Below, one piece after another: positions 36,820 to 45,352 of a stretch of DNA of 64,000 nucleotides. The stretch is from a virus (lineage: Duplodnaviria; Caudoviricetes), in the IMG/VR virus record IMGVR_UViG_3300043395_004688; one strand, given 5' to 3'. Both the position numbers and the translations under genes were made by a program. The stretch's first letter is position 1. The number at the start of each line of letters is the position of its first letter. Below the pieces are notes generated by a model. It was given only the letters and a program-made list of their open reading frames with translations, was not told where the DNA came from and searched no databases.

Positions 36820-37586
36820 AAATAGTCTTAATCACCGGAGGCTTTGATCCAATACACAGCGGACACATTGCCTATATAACCGAAGCCAAAAAGCTAGGCG
36901 ACCTATTAATTGTGGGAGTCAACAGCGATGCTTGGCTTGAACGCAAAAAGGGACGAGCCTTTTTGCCCATGCACGAACGGCTGGCAATTGTAGCTGGCAT
37001 TCGAGGTGTTGATCAAACACTTATCTTCAATGACAACGATGACTCGGCTTGCGATGCTATTCAAAAAGTAAAAAACAGCTACAGCTATGCTGAACTTGTT
37101 TTTGCCAATGGCGGAGATCGAACCTCCGAAAATATTCCAGAAATGCGTATTGAAGGTGTGGAGTTTGTGTTTGGCGTAGGAGGTTCCAATAAAAAGAACA
37201 GCAGTAGTTGGATCTTGCGCGACTGGAAGCAGCCCAAAACAGACAGGGCATGGGGCGAGTATCGTGTGCTTTATGATCATCCAATGATTGGTTCTGCTAC
37301 CAAGGTCAAAGAGCTTACTGTAGAGCCAGGAAAAAAGCTCAGCCTACAGCGACACAAAAATCGTCACGAATATTGGTTTGTGGTTGAAGGCCGTTGCGAT
37401 GTTTACGGTGCATTGCCTGGGGGCTACGCGATACCTCCTAGAACCTTAGGTCCGCATGAAACCATGGAAATCCAAGCCGGAGAATGGCACCAGCTGACCA
37501 ATCCTTATAACGAACCATGCCGGCTCATTGAGATCCAGTATGGTTCACAATGTGAAGAAGCCGATATTGAACGAAATCCTGGTTGA
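36816..37586 (+). CDS. Cytidylyltransferase (RfaE/TagD-like) fused to cupin (mannose-6-P isomerase type II C-terminal-like)
   Basis: TGGFDPIHSGH, FANGGDR, KKNSSS; WGEYRVL..LSLQRHKNRHEYW..HQLTN. Confidence 0.85.
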   Translation: MKIVLITGGFDPIHSGHIAYITEAKKLGDLLIVGVNSDAWLERKKGRAFLPMHERLAIVAGIRGVDQTLIFNDNDDSACDAIQKVKNSYSYAELVFANGGDRTSENIPEMRIEGVEFVFGVGGSNKKNSSSWILRDWKQPKTDRAWGEYRVLYDHPMIGSATKVKELTVEPGKKLSLQRHKNRHEYWFVVEGRCDVYGALPGGYAIPPRTLGPHETMEIQAGEWHQLTNPYNEPCRLIEIQYGSQCEEADIERNPG

Positions 37587-37612
37587 CTTACACCGTTCGG
37601 TACTGTTATACT
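37583..37612 (+). promoter_or_regulatory. sigma70-type promoter
   Basis: TTGACT-18 nt-TATACT with extended TG. Confidence 0.6.
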
Positions 37613-37650
37613 CAGTGGGTAGTTTATTACTCATACCATAGGAGATTCAA

Positions 37651-37902
37651 ATGAGTTTTTCACCCGAGCAGATTGCCAAGCTTACCAAGGTGATCCAGGA
37701 AGGCGTTCAAGTCAAGCGTGAGATTGATGATCTTAATGTTGGACTCAAGGAAACTGTTGCAGCCATTGCTGAAGAAATGAATATCAAGGCAGCGGTGCTT
37801 AATAAAGCCATTACCAAGGCGTTCAAGGGCGACTTTGACAAGGATCAAACGGATCTCGAAGCCGTTGAAGAAATTCTTATTGTAACCAAGAACAAGGCCT
37901 AA
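37651..37902 (+). CDS. T4 DsbA/GapR-like small DNA-binding protein
   Basis: 83 aa; helical pattern KLTKVIQEG...IDDL..GLKE...EEMNIKAAVLNKAI resembles DsbA. Confidence 0.55.
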   Translation: MSFSPEQIAKLTKVIQEGVQVKREIDDLNVGLKETVAAIAEEMNIKAAVLNKAITKAFKGDFDKDQTDLEAVEEILIVTKNKA

Positions 37903-38193
37903 GTGAAATCACTGCTATTAAGTGTTCGTGACTACATTGTAGAGGATTGGCGAGAAAATCCTCTACGGTGTGTGCTGGAAATTTCTGCATGGTTTCTCAG
38001 CATTGGTTGCGCGATCACTATGGCCTTGACTCTGCCCAATCCGCCATTCCTAATCTTATATCCCTTGTTTATCACCCAATGTGCTATCTTTGCATGGGCT
38101 TGCAAAACACGCGGTAGTACAGGATTGCTGGCCAACTACTTGTTGTTGGTTACCATTGACTCTGTGGCCTTAGTGAGATTGATAATGCAATGA
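37903..38193 (+). CDS. Small multi-pass membrane protein
   Basis: Three hydrophobic segments; GTG start. Confidence 0.65.
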   Translation: MKSLLLSVRDYIVEDWRENPLRCVLEISAWFLSIGCAITMALTLPNPPFLILYPLFITQCAIFAWACKTRGSTGLLANYLLLVTIDSVALVRLIMQ

Positions 38194-38303
38194 AAGACGA
38201 TTGGTCATTCATACTGCTAATCATCCTGTTGATGCTTTTGTTTTGGGGAGAGCCAGATCTGTTTGATGCGATTCGGGCATATTTGATTCAATCTCTTCGA
38301 TGA
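38190..38303 (+). CDS. 37-aa membrane peptide (not in ORF track)
   Basis: MKDDWSFILLIILLMLLFWGEPDLF...; ATGA overlaps at both ends. Confidence 0.55.
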   Translation: MKDDWSFILLIILLMLLFWGEPDLFDAIRAYLIQSLR

Positions 38304-38527
38304 AAACTGATCAGGTTGCCAAATTCGTAATTTTACCAATAGCACATGCTTATCATAGTCCCACATTGTTTGTGTCAGATTACAAATGGTGGTGCAGCAA
38401 CCAAGAAGAAATTGAAACATGGATGAGAGAAAACTTACCCAATGGTACTTCGCACCTGCAAGGTATGGTTCTTTCATTTGAATCGGTTGAAGATCGTGCT
38501 ATGTTTTTACTTAGATTTGGTTTATGA
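38300..38527 (+). CDS. Small paralogue family member 1
   Basis: ETWMREN...LSFESVEDRAMFLLRFG. Confidence 0.7.
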   Translation: MKTDQVAKFVILPIAHAYHSPTLFVSDYKWWCSNQEEIETWMRENLPNGTSHLQGMVLSFESVEDRAMFLLRFGL

Positions 38528-38536
38528 GTGCTGGCT

Positions 38537-38914
38537 ATGAAATACGAAATAAAAAGCATGTTTCAATTACCATCAGGGAGATATATTCCTCGCGGCCTCA
38601 ATATTATTGAGAAACTTTGGTGGCGATTTGTGCCCGGAGTTGTTATTAATGTAAAGTGGCCTAAAGGTGCAGTGGTAGTTGGACCAAATAGCAGAAGCTG
38701 GGACGGTGTTACAAATCCTTGTGTGCGCCAATTAGTAGAAAGTGCTGATCCAAACGATCACTACCGGCCTTGGTTAGAAAAACATGTAGGCCGCCAAGGA
38801 CGAGATTGGGATTGGGGCTTGACCAATAATGATGCCACTGACAACAGATTGACCATAAAGATTAGACAGAAGCATCAAGACTCTGCCGTAATTGCCAAAC
38901 TGCAATGGTCATGA
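38537..38914 (+). CDS. Small paralogue family member 2
   Basis: PWLEKH...IKIRQKHQDSAVIAKLQWS. Confidence 0.65.
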   Translation: MKYEIKSMFQLPSGRYIPRGLNIIEKLWWRFVPGVVINVKWPKGAVVVGPNSRSWDGVTNPCVRQLVESADPNDHYRPWLEKHVGRQGRDWDWGLTNNDATDNRLTIKIRQKHQDSAVIAKLQWS

Positions 38915-39186
38915 AAACAGCAACACAAGTCTTAGAAGACCAAATTGCTGATGAATTATCTAGGCAATTGGCAGAGAAAATTGATTTTGAAGTCCTGTGT
39001 AGTTTGCTTGTACAAATAGGTTGGATACAAGTTAAATTAGAAGATGTGTTGCAACCAAGCAAACAAACAGCTGGCATGGTTAATTGGCTACACAAAGAGT
39101 GTTCTGGACACTGGAGGCATCGTGGCAAAACATTTGTATTTGAAAACAAGGAAGACGCTGTCTTATTTAGATTGACATGGGTGTAA
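38911..39186 (+). CDS. Small paralogue family member 3
   Basis: NWLHKE...FVFENKEDAVLFRLTWV. Confidence 0.7.
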   Translation: MKTATQVLEDQIADELSRQLAEKIDFEVLCSLLVQIGWIQVKLEDVLQPSKQTAGMVNWLHKECSGHWRHRGKTFVFENKEDAVLFRLTWV

Positions 39187-39190
39187 ATAG

Positions 39191-39403
39191 ATGCGTCATC
39201 TCAAACGAAATCTTTGGCCTTTTAAAATTAAGCTAGATGTAGTAGATTCAAATCTAAGCATTGACGCTGTTGAACTTTGGCTAAGCGAAACCTGCGGATC
39301 ATTCAAATCAAATTGGAATGCAGTATACCATGCCAACTATACTGATTTTTATTTTAAAAACGGTGAGGATGCCATGCTTTTTAAATTGCAATTTGGATAC
39401 TGA
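39191..39403 (+). CDS. Small paralogue family member 4
   Basis: LWLSET...FYFKNGEDAMLFKLQFG. Confidence 0.7.
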   Translation: MRHLKRNLWPFKIKLDVVDSNLSIDAVELWLSETCGSFKSNWNAVYHANYTDFYFKNGEDAMLFKLQFGY

Positions 39404-39405
39404 AC

Positions 39406-39729
39406 ATGCCTAAGATTATAAAAATGGATAAGCGACACGCAGGGCACCCGCACTTTACATATTATCTAAAGCCGGTGAGTTCTGAAGATAACTTTCACAA
39501 TCTCAGAGCATGGTGTTGGGAAACTTGGGGGCCTAGCAAAGGTCTGCATGACTGGCTAAGAGCCAATGCTGATCTCAAAAACATATTGCATCCGTGGCAA
39601 CCAGATCCTGAAACAGAAGACCGTTGTCAAAATCCTCACTGGTGTTGGCTTGAGGACCAATACCGCCGGCGCATAATGTTTGCGGGTGCAGATGAAGTGG
39701 CCCTGTACAAGTTAACCTATGGGCTATGA
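39406..39729 (+). CDS. Small paralogue family member 5
   Basis: AWCWET...IMFAGADEVALYKLTYG. Confidence 0.7.
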   Translation: MPKIIKMDKRHAGHPHFTYYLKPVSSEDNFHNLRAWCWETWGPSKGLHDWLRANADLKNILHPWQPDPETEDRCQNPHWCWLEDQYRRRIMFAGADEVALYKLTYGL

Positions 39730-40016
39730 CCTTACCTAAAATACAAGTTCATCACTGGCATTACAATGATGGTATCGTTTTGGTGCCACCATTACTGCGG
39801 CTGGCCAATCAAAAGGAATCAGAATTTTGTGCTGAATTAGTAGGCTGGCATTGTTGCGTTTACACCAATGACTATGATGGTTTCTTTTTATGGATGGAAA
39901 AACATTGCCCCAGAGCGGAATGTATTTCAAGGTTTAACAGCGGCGATCCAATGATTACTGTACATATCTCAGATCAAGAAGAAGCGGCATATTTTAAATT
40001 ACATTTTCAAACATGA
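39726..40016 (+). CDS. Small paralogue family member 6
   Basis: LWMEKH...VHISDQEEAAYFKLHF. Confidence 0.7.
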   Translation: MTLPKIQVHHWHYNDGIVLVPPLLRLANQKESEFCAELVGWHCCVYTNDYDGFFLWMEKHCPRAECISRFNSGDPMITVHISDQEEAAYFKLHFQT

Positions 40017-40261
40017 AATGGTTTTGTGCTATCCATGTTTGGCGTAATGGTTGGGGACATACTGTGGTACTGAAAGAAAATCCCAAATACAGTTCTCCTC
40101 AATACTATGGCACTACTGTTGACCCAGATGAGATGGAAGAGGTAATAGCATGGACCGATGAAAATGCCCAAGCACGACGAATTTCATATGATACCTGGCA
40201 ATTCAAGTCTCGCAGGGCAGCAGAGGAGTTTATCATGCTGTATAATCTTAGGTGGGTCTAA
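40013..40261 (+). CDS. Small paralogue family member 7
   Basis: AWTDEN...WQFKSRRAAEEFIMLYNLRWV. Confidence 0.7.
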   Translation: MKWFCAIHVWRNGWGHTVVLKENPKYSSPQYYGTTVDPDEMEEVIAWTDENAQARRISYDTWQFKSRRAAEEFIMLYNLRWV

Positions 40262-40542
40262 TGCCCCTAGAGGTGCATAAACAGCAACTAACTGCAAAAT
40301 TTAGCTGGATAACTAGAGTTGACATAGACGAATTAGGGTATAACATTAACAATGTACCTTGGCTATTTGACATTTTGCTATGGTCTGATTCGTGGTCTTG
40401 GGAATGTACTACCACCATCAACAGCAAAAGCGACAACATTCAATGGAAGTTTGATTCCAGCCAAGAGCTTGAAGAATTTCTAATGTTGTTTGCACTAAAA
40501 TGGGGGAAGATGACACATGTCCGATTCTTGGACGATGATTGA
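40261..40542 (+). CDS. Small paralogue family member 8
   Basis: WKFDSSQELEEFLMLFALKWG. Confidence 0.65.
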   Translation: MPLEVHKQQLTAKFSWITRVDIDELGYNINNVPWLFDILLWSDSWSWECTTTINSKSDNIQWKFDSSQELEEFLMLFALKWGKMTHVRFLDDD

Positions 40543-40822
40543 CGCCGACGGGCGAGAGTTTGGTATTGACATTGTGGGGTCAAGGCAACTGGGAGAACTG
40601 TGTATCTACTATTGTTTTCCTTACTACATACCCAAAGGTTCAACGCCGCCCTATCCTGGTTTTGAGTGTTTGAGGATTTGGTTGAATTTAAATTTCTCCA
40701 GTGTGGCCCACGAAGTGGTTACAAAAGGAGTGCCAATGGATACTAAAAAATCATGGGCTACATTAGAAGTAACTTTCAGCGATCCTGAGGAAGCTATGTT
40801 GTTTAGGCTAATGTGCAGTTGA
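40517..40822 (+). CDS. Small paralogue family member 9
   Basis: IWLNLN...VTFSDPEEAMLFRLMCS. Confidence 0.65.
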   Translation: MSDSWTMIDADGREFGIDIVGSRQLGELCIYYCFPYYIPKGSTPPYPGFECLRIWLNLNFSSVAHEVVTKGVPMDTKKSWATLEVTFSDPEEAMLFRLMCS

Positions 40823-40847
40823 CATTGCCACATACACACAGTATAAT
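40819..40847 (+). promoter_or_regulatory. Consensus sigma70 promoter overlapped by an inverted repeat
   Basis: TTGACA-17 nt-TATAAT; CATACACA/TGTGTATG repeat at 40831-40855 spans the -10 box and the ATG. Confidence 0.8.
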
Positions 40848-40852
40848 TGTGT

Positions 40853-41269
40853 ATGCAAATCGTTGTACATTCAAGCAGCCCCGGTAAACAGGCCTTGGTT
40901 GAGGCTAGTGCAAGGTTCTACGAACAAGAACTTAAATTACAAAAAAGCAAGTACACTCTTGAGATCCAATTTAAGAAAGGCTTGGCCAAGCGAAAAGGCA
41001 TGAGAGGTTGTGTAAGTGACATCGCTCCAAAACATTTGATCATGTTACTAGACTCCAATCTGCAAGATCATGCGTTGTTTGAAACCCTTGCACACGAAAT
41101 GATTCATGTCAAGCAATATGCTCGAGGACAGTTTAGGATTGACAGAAACAAAACCATATGGTTAGGTAAACCACTCAAACTAAAATATTATCAACAGCCC
41201 TGGGAGATCGAAGCCATGGGTAAAGAAAAAGTACTTGCTAGTAAAATATACAGTATTATTTGGAGTTAG
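40853..41269 (+). CDS. Zincin-like metallopeptidase
   Basis: LAHEMIHVKQY (HExxH) and PWEIEA. Confidence 0.8.
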   Translation: MQIVVHSSSPGKQALVEASARFYEQELKLQKSKYTLEIQFKKGLAKRKGMRGCVSDIAPKHLIMLLDSNLQDHALFETLAHEMIHVKQYARGQFRIDRNKTIWLGKPLKLKYYQQPWEIEAMGKEKVLASKIYSIIWS

Positions 41270-41270
41270 C

Positions 41271-41492
41271 ATGTACGAAGAGTTTACTTGGACAAATTCC
41301 AAACATGACCCTATGATAATCGAGATCAAGCATCACGGTCATGTGGTAATGCATTTCTTTCTCGGTGAAGCCATGGAAGGTGCCGGTAGAGCTCGTGTAA
41401 TGAGTCATGTCCGTGAGTGCGATCACAGTCCTTGGCTGAGTCAGTGGCGAGAACATGCCGAACAAGAAATGCTAGCAAAGTTAGGAAGATAA
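41271..41492 (+). CDS. Hypothetical protein
   Basis: SD GGAG before the ATG at 41271. Confidence 0.55.
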   Translation: MYEEFTWTNSKHDPMIIEIKHHGHVVMHFFLGEAMEGAGRARVMSHVRECDHSPWLSQWREHAEQEMLAKLGR

Positions 41493-41495
41493 ACT

Positions 41496-41891
41496 ATGAA
41501 TGATGAAATTAAAAAGCAAGAGGTATTAGATCAATTACATGAAGCTGGCCGACAATTTAACAAAGCCATGCAAGAATATCAAGACTCTTGCAACAGCTAT
41601 TGGAACAGTCTTGGTCCTGAAGAACAACTCATGGCATTTTGCGCCATGGTAGAGCGTCTTCACCGCGGCGAAATTGAACACAAGCGTAGCTACCGAGGCA
41701 TGCTCTATGATGTATTTGGTTGGGGACCAGAAGCCTATGCACCTGCTCAGCTTGCTGGCTTTTTAGATTTGCATAACTCAATTTATGACTTTGATGACCT
41801 CTTGGTAGTATTTAAGAATACTCTTGAGGAATTAAACATTCAGGTTCCTGATGACCAACTCAGCGAAGCCTTGGCAAAACACTTTTACTAA
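41496..41891 (+). CDS. Hypothetical protein
   Basis: 131 aa ORF in operon context. Confidence 0.65.
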   Translation: MNDEIKKQEVLDQLHEAGRQFNKAMQEYQDSCNSYWNSLGPEEQLMAFCAMVERLHRGEIEHKRSYRGMLYDVFGWGPEAYAPAQLAGFLDLHNSIYDFDDLLVVFKNTLEELNIQVPDDQLSEALAKHFY

Positions 41892-41908
41892 TAGGAACTA
41901 CATACTAG

Positions 41909-44554
41909 ATGTTTGTTGACGCCTATCATGATAAAAAGACTGAAGTCATCCATGTGGTTGAACGAGTGGATGGCCAGAGAATTCTCAAAGAATATCCTGC
42001 TCGCTATGTACTGTATTACCCAGACAACAAGGGTAAGTTCACTGACATCTCCGGCAATCGAGTAACGCGAGTAATGGTCAGTAATCTTGCGGCCTTTGAC
42101 AAAGAACGCAGGATTCACAACAACAAGAGACTCTGTGAAAGCGATTACAGGCCGCTTAACCGCTGTCTTGAAGAACAGTACGGTGGTCAAGAAGCACCCA
42201 ATCTGCATGTGGCTTTCTTTGACATTGAGGTGGCCTATGACAAGGTCAAGGGCTTTGCCGACCCCAGTGATCCTTTCAACAATGTCACTGCCATTACCAC
42301 TTACTTAGGGTGGCTGGATAGAAACATTACCTTGGTTATAAAGCCAGATGAAATGCCTGTAAACCAGGCAGCAGAAATTGCTGGCAAGTTTGATGATACC
42401 ATACTCTGTGAAGATGAAAAGCAGATGTTGGAGATGTGGCTGGATCTGATTCAGGATGCAGATGTCTACACAGGTTGGAACAGCGAAGGCTTTGATATTC
42501 CTTATCTCACTAATCGCATCACTCGTGTGCTTGGCAAAGAACTGACTCGTAAGATGTGCCTGTGGGACCAGTTTCCTACAAAGAGATATTTTGAAAAATA
42601 TGGTAAGGAACTTGAGACCTATGATCCTATTGGTCGAGTTCACCTAGATTATCTAGAACTTTATCGCAAGTACAACTATCATGAGATGCACACATACCGC
42701 TTGGATGCCATTGGCGAGTATGAAATTGGTGAGAAAAAGATTCCATATGAAGGCACACTTGATCAATTGTACAACAATGATTTTGAAAAGTTCATTGCCT
42801 ATAACAGGCAGGATGTTGTGTTGCTCAAAAAACTCGACGACAAACTTAAATTCATTGAACTTACCAACCTGATTAGTCATGCCAATACTGTAGGACTTAG
42901 AGCTACACTTGGAGCGGTGGCTGTCACTGACCAAGCAGTTATCAACGAAGCTCATCGCCTTAACATGGTTGTTCCTGACAGACCGCGGAGAGGAGACAGC
43001 GAGGACAATGCTGCCGCAGGTGCCTATGTTGCTGTACCCAAGCAAGGCATGCACGAGTGGATTGGCTCCATGGACATTAACAGTCTGTATCCAAGTTTGA
43101 TTCGTGCGCTAAACATGAGCCCTGAAACCATTGTTGGCCAGGTGCGCCAAACAAGAACCAATGAAGGCATTCGAGAATTCAAAGAAGCCGGAAAGGGCAT
43201 TGCTGAGTTTTGGGAAGGTAAGTTTGCCTGCTTTGAATATGAAAGTGTAATGAATCGAGAGATTGGTACCAGTGAAATTGTTGACTGGGCCGATGGAACC
43301 AGCACTGAAATGAGTAGTGCCGAGGTATACGACTATGTGTTCCATGGCGGTAAGCCTTTGATGATCAGTGGCAATGGCACTATCTTTAGATACGATGCCA
43401 AGGGTGTTATTCCTGGTCTTCTGGAACGCTGGTATGCAGAGCGTAAAGAGCTACAAAAGAAAGCTAAGTCAGCCACCGATCCTAAAGAGTTTGAGTTTTG
43501 GGACAAGCGGCAGCTGGTTAAAAAGATTAACCTTAACTCAGCATACGGCGCCTTGCTTAACGCAGGTTCAAGATTCTTTGACCAACGACTTGGGCAGTCA
43601 ACTACCCTTTGCGGTCGACTAGTTGCCAGGCACATGGCTGGTGCTGTCAACGATTGCTTAACCGGTGTAAAGGATCATATGGGAGATGCTATCATCTATG
43701 GTGATACAGACTCGGTATATTTCAGTGCTTATCCTTTGTTTAAAGATCAAATTGAAAAGGGTGAGATCGCTTGGACAGATGAAAAAGCCATTGAACTGTA
43801 TGATGCCATTAGTGAACAGGTGAATGCCACATTTCCGGCTTTTATGAACTATGCCTTTAACGCACCAGCTGCACAAGGCGAGATTATCAAAGCAGGTCGC
43901 GAGCTAGTTGCAAGCAAGGGCATCTACATGACCAAGAAGCGTTATGCTGTTCTTATTGTTGATAAGGAAGGCAAGCGCAAAGATGTCAATGGATCCACTG
44001 GTGAACTCAAAGCCATGGGTCTTGACATGAAGCGAGCAGATACTCCCGAATTCATGCAAAGGTTCTTGGAAGAAATCCTAACAATGACTTTGGAAGGCAA
44101 AACGGAAGCTGAAGTTATGGCTCGTGTCAAGCAGTTCCGTGAGGAGTTTAAGAGCCGTCCGGGTTGGGAAAAGGGTACACCCAAGCGTGTTAACAACCTA
44201 ACTAAGCATACTGATGTTTATAAGAAAACAGGCAAGTGTGGAGTGGGACATGCTATGGCAGCTATCAATTGGAACAGGATCAAAGAAGCCTATGGCGATC
44301 GGCGTAGCATGGATATCACTGACGGGCAAAAGGCCATTGTGTGCAAACTAAGAAGCAACCCGTTGCAGATTAACTCAATTGCCTATCCCATTGATGAGAT
44401 GAACCTACCAGATTGGTTTAAGCAGTTGCCCTTTGATCATGTGGCCATGGAAGAAACTATCATTGACAGCAAAATTGATAACCTTCTGGGCGTACTAAAA
44501 TGGGACCTTAGCCAAAGCAAGGACCGCGGATTGATCAATGAGTTATTCTCTTAA
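41909..44554 (+). CDS. Family B DNA polymerase (T4 gp43-like)
   Basis: Exo motifs FDIEV, GWNSEGFD, YNRQD; Pol motifs DINSLYPS, KKINLNSAYG, YGDTDS, KKRY. Confidence 0.97.
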   Translation: MFVDAYHDKKTEVIHVVERVDGQRILKEYPARYVLYYPDNKGKFTDISGNRVTRVMVSNLAAFDKERRIHNNKRLCESDYRPLNRCLEEQYGGQEAPNLHVAFFDIEVAYDKVKGFADPSDPFNNVTAITTYLGWLDRNITLVIKPDEMPVNQAAEIAGKFDDTILCEDEKQMLEMWLDLIQDADVYTGWNSEGFDIPYLTNRITRVLGKELTRKMCLWDQFPTKRYFEKYGKELETYDPIGRVHLDYLELYRKYNYHEMHTYRLDAIGEYEIGEKKIPYEGTLDQLYNNDFEKFIAYNRQDVVLLKKLDDKLKFIELTNLISHANTVGLRATLGAVAVTDQAVINEAHRLNMVVPDRPRRGDSEDNAAAGAYVAVPKQGMHEWIGSMDINSLYPSLIRALNMSPETIVGQVRQTRTNEGIREFKEAGKGIAEFWEGKFACFEYESVMNREIGTSEIVDWADGTSTEMSSAEVYDYVFHGGKPLMISGNGTIFRYDAKGVIPGLLERWYAERKELQKKAKSATDPKEFEFWDKRQLVKKINLNSAYGALLNAGSRFFDQRLGQSTTLCGRLVARHMAGAVNDCLTGVKDHMGDAIIYGDTDSVYFSAYPLFKDQIEKGEIAWTDEKAIELYDAISEQVNATFPAFMNYAFNAPAAQGEIIKAGRELVASKGIYMTKKRYAVLIVDKEGKRKDVNGSTGELKAMGLDMKRADTPEFMQRFLEEILTMTLEGKTEAEVMARVKQFREEFKSRPGWEKGTPKRVNNLTKHTDVYKKTGKCGVGHAMAAINWNRIKEAYGDRRSMDITDGQKAIVCKLRSNPLQINSIAYPIDEMNLPDWFKQLPFDHVAMEETIIDSKIDNLLGVLKWDLSQSKDRGLINELFS

Positions 44555-44570
44555 TTGGAAAACGAGCTCG

Positions 44571-44599
44571 TTGACTTTGTCTACTTTTCTAAATATAAT
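44571..44599 (+). promoter_or_regulatory. sigma70-type promoter with overlapping late-like motif
   Basis: TTGACT-17 nt-TATAAT; TCTAAATA at 44588-44595. Confidence 0.65.
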
Positions 44600-44623
44600 C
44601 ACTAATAACTGGAGAAATCACCA

Positions 44624-45343
44624 ATGCTAAAAGATATTGTGCTTGATGTAGCAAAAAACATCGCCAGCCTAGGAACCTTTGAAGAGGTCCTAGTTGAACA
44701 AGAAACTAACAACACTAAGTTTACTGCTTATCCAGAGGATTCGAGTATCACTGTTCTTGCCAGTAGCAAGAACAAGGTCGTAGAATTCCCAGAAAAGTTT
44801 GGTATGCTAAACCTTGGATTCTTTGTTGGATTGTCAAACCTGTATCGCGCTGACGACACTAGCGTAGCCACTGGTACCAACAGCAAAAGCGATATTGATC
44901 GTCTAGTCTTTTCCAGTAAGGATGGCAACAACGACGAATATCGACTAACACCTACCAACTTAATGAAGACCAAGAGCCGTAGCTTTAACGGCACTACCTG
45001 GGATGTTGTGGTCAATCCTGCAGCCAACAAGATCAGCGAACTGGCTCAACGAGCAGGCTTGTACGCAAGCATTGATCCAAATCTACTTGCCAGCACAGAA
45101 AATGGCAAGTTGGTTTTCACATTTGGTGGAGTCAGCGGTGGTGGCCATAGCGGCAAGTTTGTGTTTGCTGACACTACTCAAAAGCTCAAGCGTCCGGTAG
45201 CATTGCCAATCAACAGCTTGCTCATGGCACTAAAGACTGCTAGTCAAGGTACCCCAGTGGTCAGCTTTAGTGAAAAGGTTGCTAAGGTTGAATTTGATAG
45301 TGGTTTAATCAAGTACGAATATCTTATTATTGCTCAACAATAA
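44624..45343 (+). CDS. Probable sliding clamp (gp45/PCNA-like)
   Basis: 239 aa, beta-rich, directly after the polymerase; FGMLNL and C-terminal YEYLI pattern; call rests largely on size and synteny. Confidence 0.55.
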   Translation: MLKDIVLDVAKNIASLGTFEEVLVEQETNNTKFTAYPEDSSITVLASSKNKVVEFPEKFGMLNLGFFVGLSNLYRADDTSVATGTNSKSDIDRLVFSSKDGNNDEYRLTPTNLMKTKSRSFNGTTWDVVVNPAANKISELAQRAGLYASIDPNLLASTENGKLVFTFGGVSGGGHSGKFVFADTTQKLKRPVALPINSLLMALKTASQGTPVVSFSEKVAKVEFDSGLIKYEYLIIAQQ

Positions 45344-45352
45344 GAAAAAATA

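Noticed and set aside
41909-44554. Intein or split in the DNA polymerase
   Set aside because: One 881-aa ORF with all motifs in order and no intein or homing-endonuclease signature
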